61,188 nucleotides of DNA from an uncultured virus (IMG/VR IMGVR_UViG_3300010346_001238) (Duplodnaviria; Heunggongvirae; Uroviricota; Caudoviricetes), in the IMG/VR virus record IMGVR_UViG_3300010346_001238. One strand, written 5' to 3'. The translations under genes and the position numbers were made by a program. The notes below the pieces were generated by a model. It saw only the letters and a program-made list of their open reading frames with translations. It was not told where the DNA came from and did not search any database. Below, in pieces: positions 28,462-38,333 of the stretch. Every line of letters starts with the position of its first letter. Position 1 is the stretch's first letter.

Positions 28462-29100
28462 ATGGCCTTTATTGACAATCAATCTATTACTGTTGACGCA
28501 ACTTTAACCAAAAAGGGAAGAGAGTTGCTAGCAAAACATGGAAATTTAAATATTACTTCCTTTGCATTGGCTGATGATGAGATAGATTATAGATTATATA
28601 ATCCTAATCATCCAAATGGAAGTGCATTTTATGACATTGCCATTAGAAATACTCCTATATTTGAGCCATTAACGGACGAAACACAAGTGATGAAATATAA
28701 GCTTGTTACTTTAAATCAAGGAGTTACAGCAATACCAGTAATTTCTATTGCACAAGATAAAATTTTAGTTACAAAAAATTATACTGGAGATATTTTAATT
28801 TCACCATCAACTAATCCGGCATATAATTTACAGGCGGGATATACTGCTATTTTAGGAAATAAGAATGTTGGTTCATTAATTGTACAACAATCAAATGCCA
28901 TTAATGTAGTATCAAATACAGTTCCTACTTTTGCCGGAGATATTAATACAACTAGCGCTTAGGTTGTAGTAGGAAACAGTTTTCGGTTTATTCCTAATAG
29001 CAGTTTAGGAAAAACAACAACTACAAATTTAACTATAGTAGGCAATGAATCGGGAGGAAGTATATCTATTGAAGTAACTGTCACTGTACCAACGCAATAA
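28462..29100 (+). CDS. Baseplate/tail structural protein (212 codons) interrupted by an in-frame TAG at 28960-28962
   Basis: 'TVDATLTKKGRELLA...FALADDEIDY.LY'; the frame stays open and protein-like for 45 codons past TAG to TAA at 29098-29100, 4 nt before the next gene. Confidence 0.75.
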
Positions 29101-29104
29101 TTTT

Positions 29105-30268
29105 ATGATATTTAAAAAATTTAATCCTGAACAAGATATTGTAGCCGGGCGGACAACCCGGGTTGCCAGTGGGTTTTGGCCTAATGGACTTACTAATTGG
29201 AGCCAGAGTTACATAGTAGATGATTTTTGGACGTTGACTGGTTCTAATACGCCGTCCCCTTCATATGGAACGTCTTATTACGATGTACGCCGCACTATGT
29301 ATTACACCAATGTTTATCCGGCGGTATCATATCGTAATAATTCAGATCCATATTTTTGTATAACGTATGGTCATATTGGAGGAGATGCTGGTAGTGGATC
29401 ATGGGAACGAGAAGTGGAAAGCATTAAAGCAAATCCTACAAAAGTTATTTATACTCAATATAAAAATCTTCTATTAAGAAGTGGCGATGCGGACGTATTT
29501 AAAATGCGGGATGGTGAACGGTTAATCGAGGCTCCTGATATTTGGGTAATTGATTTCTCGTCATATAAAATGAAAGATCGCATTGATGAAGGATTATTAG
29601 AATTTTCATTAAGTGGTTCGGGAAATAAAATGTTGACTCTTATTGATGATTCAATTTATACTTCAAAAAATCAAAATGAATATCAAATAATTCAAGGAAG
29701 TTTAGATGATCCTCCAGAAACAGCAACTTATGAAGGACTAGGATTATTTTATCCGGCCAATGGTATTATTGTGCTTAATGCTAGTCGGGTGGCAGAACAT
29801 TTAGGAATAAATAATGGGGAAGGTATTGGATATGGAATTGGAGACGGTCCTGTAGTCCCACATGGATTGTGGTCATATCGTCCTGGAAAAACTAATGATG
29901 GATTTTTTACAGATAGTATTGGATATACTTTCAATCATCGAACTTTATTTATATCTATGCTTCTAGCACAACGAACAATGAAAGTCCGTAAAAGTGAATA
30001 TGTGCCGGCTCGTCATTATTTTGTTCGTGTAATGAATCGGGATTTTAATTATAGTAATAATCCGACATATATTTATGATGGTACAGACGGAATTCATGCA
30101 AAAGGAACTATTTATAATACGGATTTTATCAACGATCCAAAAACATATATTACTTCTGTAGGGTTGTATAATGAAAATAATGAACTTGTAGCCGTGGCTA
30201 AATTAAGCCGTCCAGCTATGAAATCATTTGATCAAGAGTTATTAATTAAAGTTAGATTGGATTTTTAA
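29105..30268 (+). CDS. Baseplate/tail structural protein
   Basis: C-terminal 'FNYSNNPT...YITSVGLYNENNELVAVAKLSRP...KVRLDF' domain. Confidence 0.7.
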   Translation: MIFKKFNPEQDIVAGRTTRVASGFWPNGLTNWSQSYIVDDFWTLTGSNTPSPSYGTSYYDVRRTMYYTNVYPAVSYRNNSDPYFCITYGHIGGDAGSGSWEREVESIKANPTKVIYTQYKNLLLRSGDADVFKMRDGERLIEAPDIWVIDFSSYKMKDRIDEGLLEFSLSGSGNKMLTLIDDSIYTSKNQNEYQIIQGSLDDPPETATYEGLGLFYPANGIIVLNASRVAEHLGINNGEGIGYGIGDGPVVPHGLWSYRPGKTNDGFFTDSIGYTFNHRTLFISMLLAQRTMKVRKSEYVPARHYFVRVMNRDFNYSNNPTYIYDGTDGIHAKGTIYNTDFINDPKTYITSVGLYNENNELVAVAKLSRPAMKSFDQELLIKVRLDF

Positions 30269-30286
30269 TTATATTCCATTTTTCTA

Positions 30287-30326
30287 ATAAAACGTTTCCT
30301 GCGAATAGGAAAACTTTTACTTTATT
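30287..30326 (+). terminator. Possible terminator hairpin
   Basis: TTTCCT-GCGAAT-AGGAAA core followed by T-rich sequence in an intergenic gap. Confidence 0.4.
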
Positions 30327-30363
30327 TATTGGTTACTACATATTTATATTATAGAAAAATAAT

Positions 30364-31083
30364 ATGATTAAACAATTAAACCAATCAGATATTACAGTAA
30401 CTCCATTTAATGCTATTAAAGAATGGAACCTTAAAAATGTTGATTCGGAAGATTTGATATTATTAGAAGAATTGGTTGATGGTTCTCCTATTCCTGATAC
30501 ATTTGTTGCAGTAGATTATATTGATTATACTTTCGGTAATATTCCCATTTGGAATTCTTCCTGTAATATTTTGGTGGACCAACAGGACTTAGACAAAGTA
30601 ACATTTGAACATGGAAAAGAAGAAATAGGAATATCTAAAAAATTTAGTATAAATGGACCTAAAAATCGAAACGGTTCTTATAAATCTTTAATTTATAATC
30701 AAATATATAATACATTTTATAATGAATATAACAATCCAACTCAAATTTTTGGAATGGAAAATTTTGATTTTCCATTAAGCAAAACAAATCGATATTTAAC
30801 GGATGAATTTAGAGTCTTTAGTATTCCTAATACTATTTTTGGAGATAAAATAGTAGAAGGAAGTGTTACATTTAATGATACTAATTTAGACGATATAGTA
30901 CATATTTTTGATGATTCGAGGGGAAATCTTATTGCGTCTAAAAATTTATTTTCTAAATCTCAGGAATTGCGCCCAATGAAAAATATAATAATAGAAGGAG
31001 ATGAAACTGCTGACCATGAATGTCCTTTACCGGCGGGAATTCCCCCAGTAGGAAATATTACTATTGAATCAATGCAATTATAA
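30364..31083 (+). CDS. Virion structural protein
   Basis: 'DITVTPF.A.K.W', 'VFSIP..IFGDKI..GS', 'DD..GNL'; structural operon context. Confidence 0.6.
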   Translation: MIKQLNQSDITVTPFNAIKEWNLKNVDSEDLILLEELVDGSPIPDTFVAVDYIDYTFGNIPIWNSSCNILVDQQDLDKVTFEHGKEEIGISKKFSINGPKNRNGSYKSLIYNQIYNTFYNEYNNPTQIFGMENFDFPLSKTNRYLTDEFRVFSIPNTIFGDKIVEGSVTFNDTNLDDIVHIFDDSRGNLIASKNLFSKSQELRPMKNIIIEGDETADHECPLPAGIPPVGNITIESMQL

Positions 31084-31085
31084 AT

Positions 31086-32033
31086 ATGAATACACAATCA
31101 CTTGTTAGCTGGAATTATAATTTACACGATCATAAAGGGTATATTCTTGAACGATCTATGGATTTAGGAAGTACGTGGGAAGAAATTTTAAATTGTCCCA
31201 AATCTATTACTACTTATACCGATGAAAATTTGTGGTGGAATGATGAGCCGTGGTATCGGGTAAGAACATATAATGATTATGGAATGGGACCAATGAGTGA
31301 AATTTCAAAATTAGTAATTCAGAGTCCTTCTATAGAAACTCCGGTTTTATCTGGCGAACAAGTTGCTCCTTATACTACAAATGTAATGTTAGAATGGGAA
31401 TTTAATGGATCTCCCGGGGGGAATACAGTTTCATATTCTTTGGAGAGATCGTTAGATGGCGGAAATACATGGAATCAACAATGGGATGTAGATAAAGAAG
31501 AAATTGCATTTTTAGATGATACATTAACTGAAATTTTGCCATTTAATGTTTCATATAGAATTAAAGCTGCAATGGATTTTGGATTGAACAGCGAATATAG
31601 TAATATTGTTACAATTAATATGGAAGATGCTCCTGAAGAACCATCATTAGAAGTTCCAGATGTAACTGCTGAACTCCCACATTTTTATATAGAATGGAAT
31701 TTTACACAATTAGAAAGCGGCGAAATAGCGGATTTTAATGAAGTTGAATCAATTCAAGCGCCGGATCCGGTTTCTAATACATCACAATATGAATTTATAA
31801 TTAACAGTCATGATCTTCCATTAGCAATTGAAAGTATAACTGTAGATGGTGCAAATTTTGAACAACCTGAAAATCCCGATTTTCCATATAATATGGAAGA
31901 TGGACCGTTATCATTATTTATTTCAAGTTCAAGTGATACTTCGGGGGAAAAAACGGGTACATTAACAATAACTCCAACAGTTGGAGAACCGTATATATTA
32001 CAATTAAAAGCAACTTATCCTGAACTCGAATAA
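31086..32033 (+). CDS. Fibronectin type III/Ig-like domain virion protein
   Basis: Two Fn3-like units ('GYILERSMDLG..W...YRVRTYN' and 'YSLERSLDGG.TW...YRIKA') plus an Ig-like C-terminus. Confidence 0.7.
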   Translation: MNTQSLVSWNYNLHDHKGYILERSMDLGSTWEEILNCPKSITTYTDENLWWNDEPWYRVRTYNDYGMGPMSEISKLVIQSPSIETPVLSGEQVAPYTTNVMLEWEFNGSPGGNTVSYSLERSLDGGNTWNQQWDVDKEEIAFLDDTLTEILPFNVSYRIKAAMDFGLNSEYSNIVTINMEDAPEEPSLEVPDVTAELPHFYIEWNFTQLESGEIADFNEVESIQAPDPVSNTSQYEFIINSHDLPLAIESITVDGANFEQPENPDFPYNMEDGPLSLFISSSSDTSGEKTGTLTITPTVGEPYILQLKATYPELE

Positions 32034-32049
32034 AATTAGAAAATAATTT

Positions 32050-35000
32050 ATGTATGTTAAAGTACAAAATGAAAATTATGGATATTCCGTAGCAACATAT
32101 GGAAACTATGTGGCGGTTTCTAATCCTTCTACTTTGAGATACGATCCGGAAAATGAAGAGCGGTTATGTACGGGTTCAATAGATTATTTTCGTTATAATA
32201 AAAATACGGATGAACATGATCATATAGCAACTTTATATCAACCATATGAAGAATTGGCGGTAATTCTTTCCCGAGAACATCCTACCCCCGAATATGATCG
32301 TTGGGACTTGATGACTGAAAAAAATGTCGAATATAAATTTCCACGATCAAAAAGCATAGAAATAGATAAAAATGATTACACTAAATCATTGGAAGATTCA
32401 TTTGGTTACTCTATAGACATGTACAATAAGAATTTGATAGTAGGGTCCCCTTATTTTTATCAAGCGGTAAAAACATATGCATATTCCCTTACTTCTTCTA
32501 TTGCTACAGCCCTAATATATGACTTGGGAATTACAGAAACCCCAGATTCCGACTCTGAATCAAATTGTTTAATTTACAAATTATATGATCCCGATCTAGG
32601 AGGCGAAGAATGGAATTCTGAATCCTTCGGAAAATCCGTTTCCATAAATGGTGCTTGGGCGGCAGTGGGGTCTCCTAGTATTAGTGGATCTACGGGGATG
32701 GTATATTTGTACCAAGCTCAACCTACAACTAGCTATGTTGAAGGGAAACCTCATACTGTAGTTACATGGTCATTATTTAAAAAATTGGAACCTCCCAATC
32801 CAGAGCCCGGAATGGAATTTGGATATTCATTAAAATTAAATAAATGTACAAGTTCTTTGAGTAATAGTTTAGTTGTGGGGTGTGGAAATCTTTCACATCA
32901 AAAAGCATATTATTTTGAATATATAAATGAAGCATGGACACAATCACATGTTTTTGTTCCGGACAAAACGATTCAACCCATGACATTTGCTCCATATTTG
33001 CCCTGGGATGAAACTCCAGTTATGAATGAATCCAATGGGTTTGGTTCGGCAGTATCTTTATATAATGACACAGTTATTATTGGTGCTCCATATGATCGTA
33101 TTTTTTATGAATACAGTGGCTCAAAATTATATCAACAAGGTGCTACTTATATTTTTGAAAGATGCCCCCACCCAGACGATGAAATTTACGAATATCCTCG
33201 GTTTCCCAATGATCAAATAAGATGGAATACTCCAAATTCAACGGCAAAAAGTATTTTTAATTTTTCGGCCTCATTCGCAGGAAATGAAACAAAACCTCAT
33301 GCTCTTATAAATATAAATAATAAAATATATGGGGGGGGATGGGATGGAAAATTATTCGTATTTAACGATCCAGATAATAATTTGACGGACCAAACGTGGT
33401 CTGATTGTATCGTTGATGGATGGATAAGCCAAGTAACATATTCTGAAGGAACAAAATATTTGTATTTTATAACCACTGTAACTAGAAATGATGCAATAAG
33501 TGGAAAAAAGGGGTATATAATTAAAGTTAATCCTAACAATATAAACGAACAAGAAATTATTTTTACTTGGACCCCAGGAACGGCATCTATAGGAGGAACA
33601 GTACCCGAGGCTATTCCTCCCATTGCTTCTGATAATTCTTATTTATATACTATGTTAAGAAGCAATTATAAAACGACTATTTATAAATTAGATATTACAA
33701 ATGGTAATGTAATTAAAAGTGTTGTTGTTTCTACATCGTCTGATCATCTTATTAATCCGGCAATGCATGGAGGGGGAGTTTTTTCTCCCGATGGAAAATG
33801 GATATATTTTTGTGGAGGAGGGTATGTATATAAAATAAATACAGATACATTAGAGTATAGTTCTGTTAAAGTACAATTTTTTTATGGAATAGCCGATTCC
33901 GAAATAAAATGGGAATGGGATCCCTCAACAGAAGAATTTAAGGGTTATTGGGCTGATGTTGCATTAGTAGATGACATGGCCTACTTGGATGGATATATTT
34001 ATGTAGTTGCCGATCAATCGGGAAATGCTTTTCCAGGAGGTCTATTTAAAATTAATGCAGAAACTTTAGAAAATGTTGGATATATACAATACGAAATTAA
34101 TGATGGAGTAATAAATTATGATCGATATATGGATATTGGAGGTTATCCACTTCCATATGGCTCATGGGGGGTATTTTCCGATTCAACAAATTTGTATTTA
34201 TTAATGGGAACTACAAATGAAATTTTTGTTTATCCCGATGGCGATTTGGATTCGGGGCCCGTTAGGTATCCAATTATTGGTAAACCAAATGAATTAGCAT
34301 TTACGAAAGCGGGAAATATAGTTTACACTACATTTTCATCTCCAATTAAAGCTTATTCCTATAAATTACCATTTAAATATAATATAACTTATCCATCATT
34401 ATTTAAACAAGTTCTTAAAACATATGGAAATGAAAAGGTTTTAAAAAACAATCGAATGGGATGGTCAGTGGATATACATGGAAATTATGCGGTTTCGGGG
34501 ATTCCTAAAGTAAATGTAGAAACTCTGGATTCATGTTATATAGAAGGTACACTTGAACAATTACATTTTTGTGACAGTAATTATGAAAATCTTTTCAGTG
34601 GTCAAACATTGCTTTTGGGGAAAAATACGTCTTCTTTAAATTGGGAAATTATTAATATTTATCAAAAGAAGAAAAAATATTTGTCTCCCTATCGAAGTTA
34701 TGGATTTGATGTCGCCGTTGCTAATAAATCAATAGTGGTTGGAGCGCCAATGGTTCTAGTAGATAGCAATCGAGATTTTAATATATATACTACACATAGT
34801 AATAATACCGATTTAGATGATATATCTGGAAAATCTTATATTTATAATTTTCACAATTTTCGTCCAGAATTCCATGTAGGAAATGTTTTTTACCGAAATG
34901 GAAAAATCATTATTATGACTTCGGGTTCTATGTTTGAAGGTTTATTTTTAGATCCGGTAAATACATATGGTTATGAATATAATTTAAATTTCAAGGGACA

Positions 35001-35721
35001 ACATACAATTTTTGAAAAACAAATTGTTTGTACTGTAAATCCCGGCGAATTTAATGTTAGTACTAATCCTACAGCTATAATAAGAAATTTTTCGGTTTTA
35101 GATATTAATAAAAATGGAAAAGTTGATTTTCAAGATGTTGATGTAATTTTAAGATATATGAAATATAAACACTCATCTTTTGTTGGGGAAGAAATATCAA
35201 CCGATTGGAGTTCTTCAATAATAATTGAAGAAGATGAAAAAAGTTTACTTAAATGGTATCAACAAAACTATAATTTATATGGAACAGATGATTTGTCTGA
35301 AAAATGTATTTTAAAATGGGAGACTGAAGATGTAACAATGCAAGAAATTTTAGATTTTAATGAGGATAATAAAATAGATAACCAAGACATGAATATTTTA
35401 TGGAAATATTTTTCCAATCGCTTAACTCAAGAAAATTATGCTAAATATATAACCCCTGCATGTAAGAGAAAAATTTTTAGTGATATAATTGATCATATGA
35501 ATAAATTGACACTAAAAAATCAAATTCCATACATAAATCCAGATTTTTTCCAATATGAAAAAATGGTAGCAATTGATAAAACGGGTTCGTTTTTAGCTCC
35601 AATGGCAACAACAATTGGATTATATAATGGATTAGATTTGGTGGCGGTGGCAAAATTAGGAAATCCTATTAAAATTACGCCCGAACTTCCAATAAATTTT
35701 GTGATTAAAATGGACTTTTAA
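32050..35721 (+). CDS. Tail/baseplate protein with FG-GAP repeats, an inserted beta-propeller and EF-hand/dockerin-like loops
   Basis: Repeated 'FG.SV/SI...VG(A/S)P'; 'DINKNGKVDFQD' and 'DFNEDNKIDNQD'; C-terminal 'TTIGLYN..DLVAVAKL..PI...IKMDF'. Confidence 0.75.
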   Translation: MYVKVQNENYGYSVATYGNYVAVSNPSTLRYDPENEERLCTGSIDYFRYNKNTDEHDHIATLYQPYEELAVILSREHPTPEYDRWDLMTEKNVEYKFPRSKSIEIDKNDYTKSLEDSFGYSIDMYNKNLIVGSPYFYQAVKTYAYSLTSSIATALIYDLGITETPDSDSESNCLIYKLYDPDLGGEEWNSESFGKSVSINGAWAAVGSPSISGSTGMVYLYQAQPTTSYVEGKPHTVVTWSLFKKLEPPNPEPGMEFGYSLKLNKCTSSLSNSLVVGCGNLSHQKAYYFEYINEAWTQSHVFVPDKTIQPMTFAPYLPWDETPVMNESNGFGSAVSLYNDTVIIGAPYDRIFYEYSGSKLYQQGATYIFERCPHPDDEIYEYPRFPNDQIRWNTPNSTAKSIFNFSASFAGNETKPHALININNKIYGGGWDGKLFVFNDPDNNLTDQTWSDCIVDGWISQVTYSEGTKYLYFITTVTRNDAISGKKGYIIKVNPNNINEQEIIFTWTPGTASIGGTVPEAIPPIASDNSYLYTMLRSNYKTTIYKLDITNGNVIKSVVVSTSSDHLINPAMHGGGVFSPDGKWIYFCGGGYVYKINTDTLEYSSVKVQFFYGIADSEIKWEWDPSTEEFKGYWADVALVDDMAYLDGYIYVVADQSGNAFPGGLFKINAETLENVGYIQYEINDGVINYDRYMDIGGYPLPYGSWGVFSDSTNLYLLMGTTNEIFVYPDGDLDSGPVRYPIIGKPNELAFTKAGNIVYTTFSSPIKAYSYKLPFKYNITYPSLFKQVLKTYGNEKVLKNNRMGWSVDIHGNYAVSGIPKVNVETLDSCYIEGTLEQLHFCDSNYENLFSGQTLLLGKNTSSLNWEIINIYQKKKKYLSPYRSYGFDVAVANKSIVVGAPMVLVDSNRDFNIYTTHSNNTDLDDISGKSYIYNFHNFRPEFHVGNVFYRNGKIIIMTSGSMFEGLFLDPVNTYGYEYNLNFKGQHTIFEKQIVCTVNPGEFNVSTNPTAIIRNFSVLDINKNGKVDFQDVDVILRYMKYKHSSFVGEEISTDWSSSIIIEEDEKSLLKWYQQNYNLYGTDDLSEKCILKWETEDVTMQEILDFNEDNKIDNQDMNILWKYFSNRLTQENYAKYITPACKRKIFSDIIDHMNKLTLKNQIPYINPDFFQYEKMVAIDKTGSFLAPMATTIGLYNGLDLVAVAKLGNPIKITPELPINFVIKMDF

Positions 35722-35747
35722 TTATATTTATATAAAAGGAATAAATT

Positions 35748-36227
35748 ATGCCTGAACCAAATGTAAGAAACTCATTGGACATTAACCTAGACGGAAGGTT
35801 TCACTACCAACGTGCGGGTGGTGCATTTGATGTTAAAGAAACATTAGAAGGACCGCACGTGGAAGTACCGGCAGGTAAAATGATTGATGCTTCAAGTGCC
35901 CAGGGGCAAGAATTTCAAACTAGAAATGGGTTTGAGACTAAAATCCCAAAACTCGAATCTCGTTTTAAAGTTGTTGAATCTGGGGGTACTCAAGGAGTAT
36001 CAGAATATGGACTTCCCGATGGATCGGATGTTGCGGGGCGTGTTATAGATGCATCTAGCGCCAATGGTCAAGCATTCCAAAACCCCAACGGATTTGAAGT
36101 TAAGGTGCCAATGTTAGAATCCAGATTACTTATGGTTCAAACCGGAGGTCAAGCAGGAATTTCACGGTTCGTGAGAGGTTTAGATAGTCGCCGGTATGGA
36201 CACGCCGTTCCATTTCACCAAACGTAA
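35748..36227 (+). CDS. Hypothetical protein with a tandem ~50 aa internal duplication
   Basis: 'G.(M/V)IDASSA.GQ.FQ..NGFE.K(I/V)P.LESR' occurs twice; preceded by TATTTATA and an AAGGA SD. Confidence 0.75.
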   Translation: MPEPNVRNSLDINLDGRFHYQRAGGAFDVKETLEGPHVEVPAGKMIDASSAQGQEFQTRNGFETKIPKLESRFKVVESGGTQGVSEYGLPDGSDVAGRVIDASSANGQAFQNPNGFEVKVPMLESRLLMVQTGGQAGISRFVRGLDSRRYGHAVPFHQT

Positions 36228-36244
36228 CTTATTTAATTACATGT

Positions 36245-36288
36245 TGCTTCGCTTTACTATATATTAGTATAAGTGAAGCATTTTTTTT
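36245..36288 (+). terminator. Rho-independent terminator
   Basis: TGCTTCGCTT...AAGTGAAGCA hairpin followed by T8. Confidence 0.75.
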
Positions 36289-36300
36289 GTACTTTTAATT

Positions 36301-36801
36301 ATGGTTTTAGGATTTGATGCATCAACAACGTGTGCAGGATGGGCAATATATGATGGAAAAGATATTGTTGATGCAGGATTTATCGATATATCTAAAATAA
36401 ACTCAAATAAAGAAAAATCATTACATATTATTTCTATTATAGATCAATCTTCTTATATTTCTGAAGTTAAACAAATAAATTTAGAGGCAGCGCTATTAGG
36501 ATTTAAATTTGGAAGAACAAATCAACAAACAATTATTAAATTAATACGTTTTAATGCAGTCTTTGAATACATTATATCAGAACACTGGAAAATTCCTGTG
36601 AATTTAATTGGGGCTTCAACGGCTCGCAAAAAGGTTTTTGGAAAGGCCCGAATTACGGGAATGAATGGAAAAGAATTTGTTCGTAAACAAATTGATGAAT
36701 TGTTTCCACAATTACATAAATTTGATAAAATAAATAGTCGGGGAAATCCCGACAGTAAAAATGGAGATATGTATGATGCCATGATTACGTCAATGGCGTG
36801 A
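36301..36801 (+). CDS. RuvC-like Holliday junction resolvase
   Basis: 'VLGFDASTTCAGWAI', 'NLE', C-terminal 'DMYDA' acidic residues. Confidence 0.8.
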   Translation: MVLGFDASTTCAGWAIYDGKDIVDAGFIDISKINSNKEKSLHIISIIDQSSYISEVKQINLEAALLGFKFGRTNQQTIIKLIRFNAVFEYIISEHWKIPVNLIGASTARKKVFGKARITGMNGKEFVRKQIDELFPQLHKFDKINSRGNPDSKNGDMYDAMITSMA

Positions 36802-36812
36802 TATTTATTAGT

Positions 36813-37025
36813 ATGAAAAAGATTACAATAACGTGCGATAGGTGTGGAAAAATTGTAAATGTTACAATTGGTATTTGTTCTGGCACTGGTGCAGTTATTA
36901 CAGAAGGTTATTATATAGTTGATGAAGGTAATTGGCAAGAATTCCAAAGAGATGATGAAGAACAGATATGTAATGATTGCATGCATTCTGACCCAAAGTA
37001 CCAAAGTCTATTTAAAATTCCATGA
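36813..37025 (+). CDS. Small Zn-binding hypothetical protein
   Basis: CDRC...CNDC; ATG 36813 follows a TATTTATT motif. Confidence 0.65.
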   Translation: MKKITITCDRCGKIVNVTIGICSGTGAVITEGYYIVDEGNWQEFQRDDEEQICNDCMHSDPKYQSLFKIP

Positions 37026-37342
37026 AATCGGGCTATCTTTATATTATTACAAATCCCGCTCATGAGGGATGGGTGAAGGTTGGCGTTACGTCGGATATTA
37101 AATCTCGCCTTCGTACCTATCAGACTTCAGATCCTTCTAGGAGATATAAAGTAGAATATTATATACATCATCCTGATGTTTATGCCGCAGAAAAACAAGT
37201 AAAAGAATTAATGGAACCATTTGCATTACAAATAAAAAATGAATGGTATGAAATTCCTATTCACATGGCTATTCCTCGGCTAGATGAGACGTTAGAAAAT
37301 GTTGATAATTCTTTCTTGAAAGAAGAAATTAAAATAAGTTGA
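37022..37342 (+). CDS. GIY-YIG superfamily protein (T5orf172/MUG113-like)
   Basis: 'GYLYII...WVKVG.T.DI..RL..YQT...E...NEWY'. Confidence 0.85.
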   Translation: MKSGYLYIITNPAHEGWVKVGVTSDIKSRLRTYQTSDPSRRYKVEYYIHHPDVYAAEKQVKELMEPFALQIKNEWYEIPIHMAIPRLDETLENVDNSFLKEEIKIS

Positions 37343-37367
37343 AAATTTCTTCAATTTCTGGTAAATT
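37339..37367 (+). promoter_or_regulatory. Sigma70-type promoter, probably giving a leaderless primase mRNA
   Basis: TTGAAA (37339-37344), 17 nt spacer, TG-n-TAAATT (37362-37367); ATG at 37374. Confidence 0.55.
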
Positions 37368-37373
37368 GTTCAA

Positions 37374-38333
37374 ATGTTAATTCAATATGAACTTGTATCT
37401 ATCTTCAACGATTTGTTGGGGCAGCAGGCTCGCCTGCGAAAAGGTGGAGAACAAGCTACATATCATTGTCCATTTTGTCCAGATAAAAATCCAACTACTA
37501 AAAAATTAGAAATTGCTATTTCTGGACCAAAAGTTGGATATTTCCATTGTTGGAGATGTAATACTAAGGGGCGAACGTTTGGAAGTTTATTAAAAAAGTT
37601 AAATGCTTCAAGTCATTACCGGGAAGCCATTTTTAAATTAACGGGGGATTTACGGCTTTTACGGAAAAAAACAATAATAAAAGATGATTCACAGGTTCAG
37701 TTACCTCCTGAATTTCATCCTTTATATTTGCCAAGAAAATCTCCCGAATATAAAAATGCCTTGGCATATTTAATAAGAAGAAGATTGACAGCTAGCGATA
37801 TTTACAGGTATAATATAGGATATTGTGAAGATGGGGAATATGAAAGATATATTATAATTCCTTCATATGACGCCAAGGGAAAATTAAATTTTTTCATTGG
37901 TCGTAAGTATTACAATAATTCCTTGATTGCATATAAAAAGCCAAATATACCGATGGGAAAAGTGGTGGGATTTGAATCACTTATTAATTGGAATGAACCT
38001 ATAAATTTGGTAGAAGGAGTTTTTGATGCATTTGCTGTAAGAAATAATGCCATACCATTATTTGGAAAATATTTGACCAAGGGAATTCGTAGTGCATTAG
38101 TTCAAAATAAAGTAAAACGAATAAATTTGATTTTGGATTCAGATGCAAAAGAAGATGTTATTAAAGACTATTTACGTATAAAAAGAGATATGACGCATGA
38201 TGTTGAATTGTGTGTCATTAAATTACCGGGAAAAGATCCTTCGGAATTAGGATTTAAAGCAACGCACAAATACATACGGAATGCGAAACCCTTTACAGAA
38301 TTAGATTTAGCTAGAGAAATGTTACAAATATGA
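37374..38333 (+). CDS. DNA primase (Zn-binding plus TOPRIM)
   Basis: 'CPFC...FHCWRC', 'YL..R', 'IIIPSYD', 'LVEGVFDA', 'LDSDA', 'KDPSE'. Confidence 0.9.
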   Translation: MLIQYELVSIFNDLLGQQARLRKGGEQATYHCPFCPDKNPTTKKLEIAISGPKVGYFHCWRCNTKGRTFGSLLKKLNASSHYREAIFKLTGDLRLLRKKTIIKDDSQVQLPPEFHPLYLPRKSPEYKNALAYLIRRRLTASDIYRYNIGYCEDGEYERYIIIPSYDAKGKLNFFIGRKYYNNSLIAYKKPNIPMGKVVGFESLINWNEPINLVEGVFDAFAVRNNAIPLFGKYLTKGIRSALVQNKVKRINLILDSDAKEDVIKDYLRIKRDMTHDVELCVIKLPGKDPSELGFKATHKYIRNAKPFTELDLAREMLQI

